This document shows positions 62,916-64,000 of a stretch of 64,000 bases of DNA, piece by piece; positions within the stretch are counted from its first letter, which is position 1; each line of letters begins with the position of its first letter. A program made the translations under genes and the position numbers. The stretch spans positions 124,001 to 188,000 of the forward strand of contig NIVC01000500.1 of NCBI GenBank assembly GCA_002269645.1, given 5' to 3'. Under the pieces are notes generated by a model. That model did no database searches, had not been told where the DNA came from, and was given only the letters and a program-made list of their open reading frames with translations. The DNA comes from Macrostomum lignano (lineage: Eukaryota).

Positions 62916-63649
62916 GTAAGAAAATCTGGTTAAATCTGGTTAAAAATATGAAAGCTTTGCTTTGCTTTTAGTTTTTAGCTTTGCTTTTTTAGAAGATTAC
63001 CTTATCTCCCGACTTTTGCTGAGTGACTTTTTACTCTTTGCGCTGTGGATTGCTTTTAAATTATTTGTCCCTTCAATCAAGAATGCTAAAATAGCAATAA
63101 TAATTGCCTGTCTTGCAGTACTCCTACTTTTGTAATTAGCTGTTTTTGCGAAAAAAACCTACTGGAAAATAAATTTGTGATTCTTGTCTTAAGAATACAA
63201 AGTTTATACACTCAGCCACAGCTCATTTCTACAGTCAGCCACAGCTCATATCTACAGTCAGCCACAACTCATTTCTGCCAGTACAGTCACCCACAAACAA
63301 CCCTTAAAATCAGTCTTACAAATCATATTTTTAGTTTCTAAAATCCTCCGCTTAGTCTCTCATTTTCTTTTCTATCAGTTGTTAGCTGATAGCTAGACAA
63401 TTTGACTTTAACAAGACTTAAGGTGCATGATATGTTTCACATCTTTTGAATTGTCACGAAACACGAACTGACACAACCTAAGCCTCACCGTGTGCGAACC
63501 TTATGTCTCTGCAATTATCATTTTGATTGATTAATTTCTTGTGTAATTATTAATCTCCATTAGCTTGTCGCTCTCGCATCAACTCAGCCCAGCTAATCTC
63601 AGCAGCTGCTGCTTTTAGTTTAATGGCCCAGTTACTTCTGCGTTCTCTA

Positions 63650-63673
63650 TCTGTGTGTCTGTCTGTCTCTACC

Positions 63674-63768
<95 letters not shown>

Positions 63769-63785
63769 GTGTCTGTGTGTCTGAC

Positions 63786-63852
<67 letters not shown>

Positions 63853-63853
63853 G

Positions 63854-63934
<81 letters not shown>

Positions 63935-64000
63935 TAGTGTCTGTCTGTGTGTCTGACTGTCTGTCTGTCTTAGTATCTGTCTGTCTGTCTGTCTGTCTGT
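63650..64000. repeat. (CTGT)n microsatellite
   Basis: Runs to the window end. Confidence 0.97.

Overview
Eukaryotic (metazoan) genomic DNA with spliced genes, minisatellite-filled introns and many transposons. Its style resembles a flatworm such as Macrostomum, which is an inference only. There are no prokaryotic features, rRNA, tRNA or CRISPR arrays. Host genes: ARGLU1 (+, 5 coding exons, 4948-18828), a PLAC8/cornifelin-family gene (-), ARL14EP (-), SLC7A6OS/Iwr1 (+), LAMTOR4 (+) and the 5' part of an EB1/MAPRE gene (+). Mobile DNA: a full-length FLYWCH-MULE with ~420-bp TIRs and TSD (142-3753) and a foldback-like non-autonomous relative (30231-31912); a decayed RTE-like LINE; a decayed KDZ-like transposase between ~270-bp direct repeats; a near-intact Sola2-like transposase with an RGG tail; a decayed Merlin with TIRs and TSD; a probable tyrosine-recombinase-type insert; and several hAT/MULE MITEs with exact TSDs. 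Top lead: inside the ARGLU1 intron that appears positionally equivalent to the vertebrate autoregulated retained intron is a candidate poison cassette exon (16077-16132). It folds into a perfect 19-bp GC-rich hairpin covering the last base of its own 3' splice site and its stop codon.
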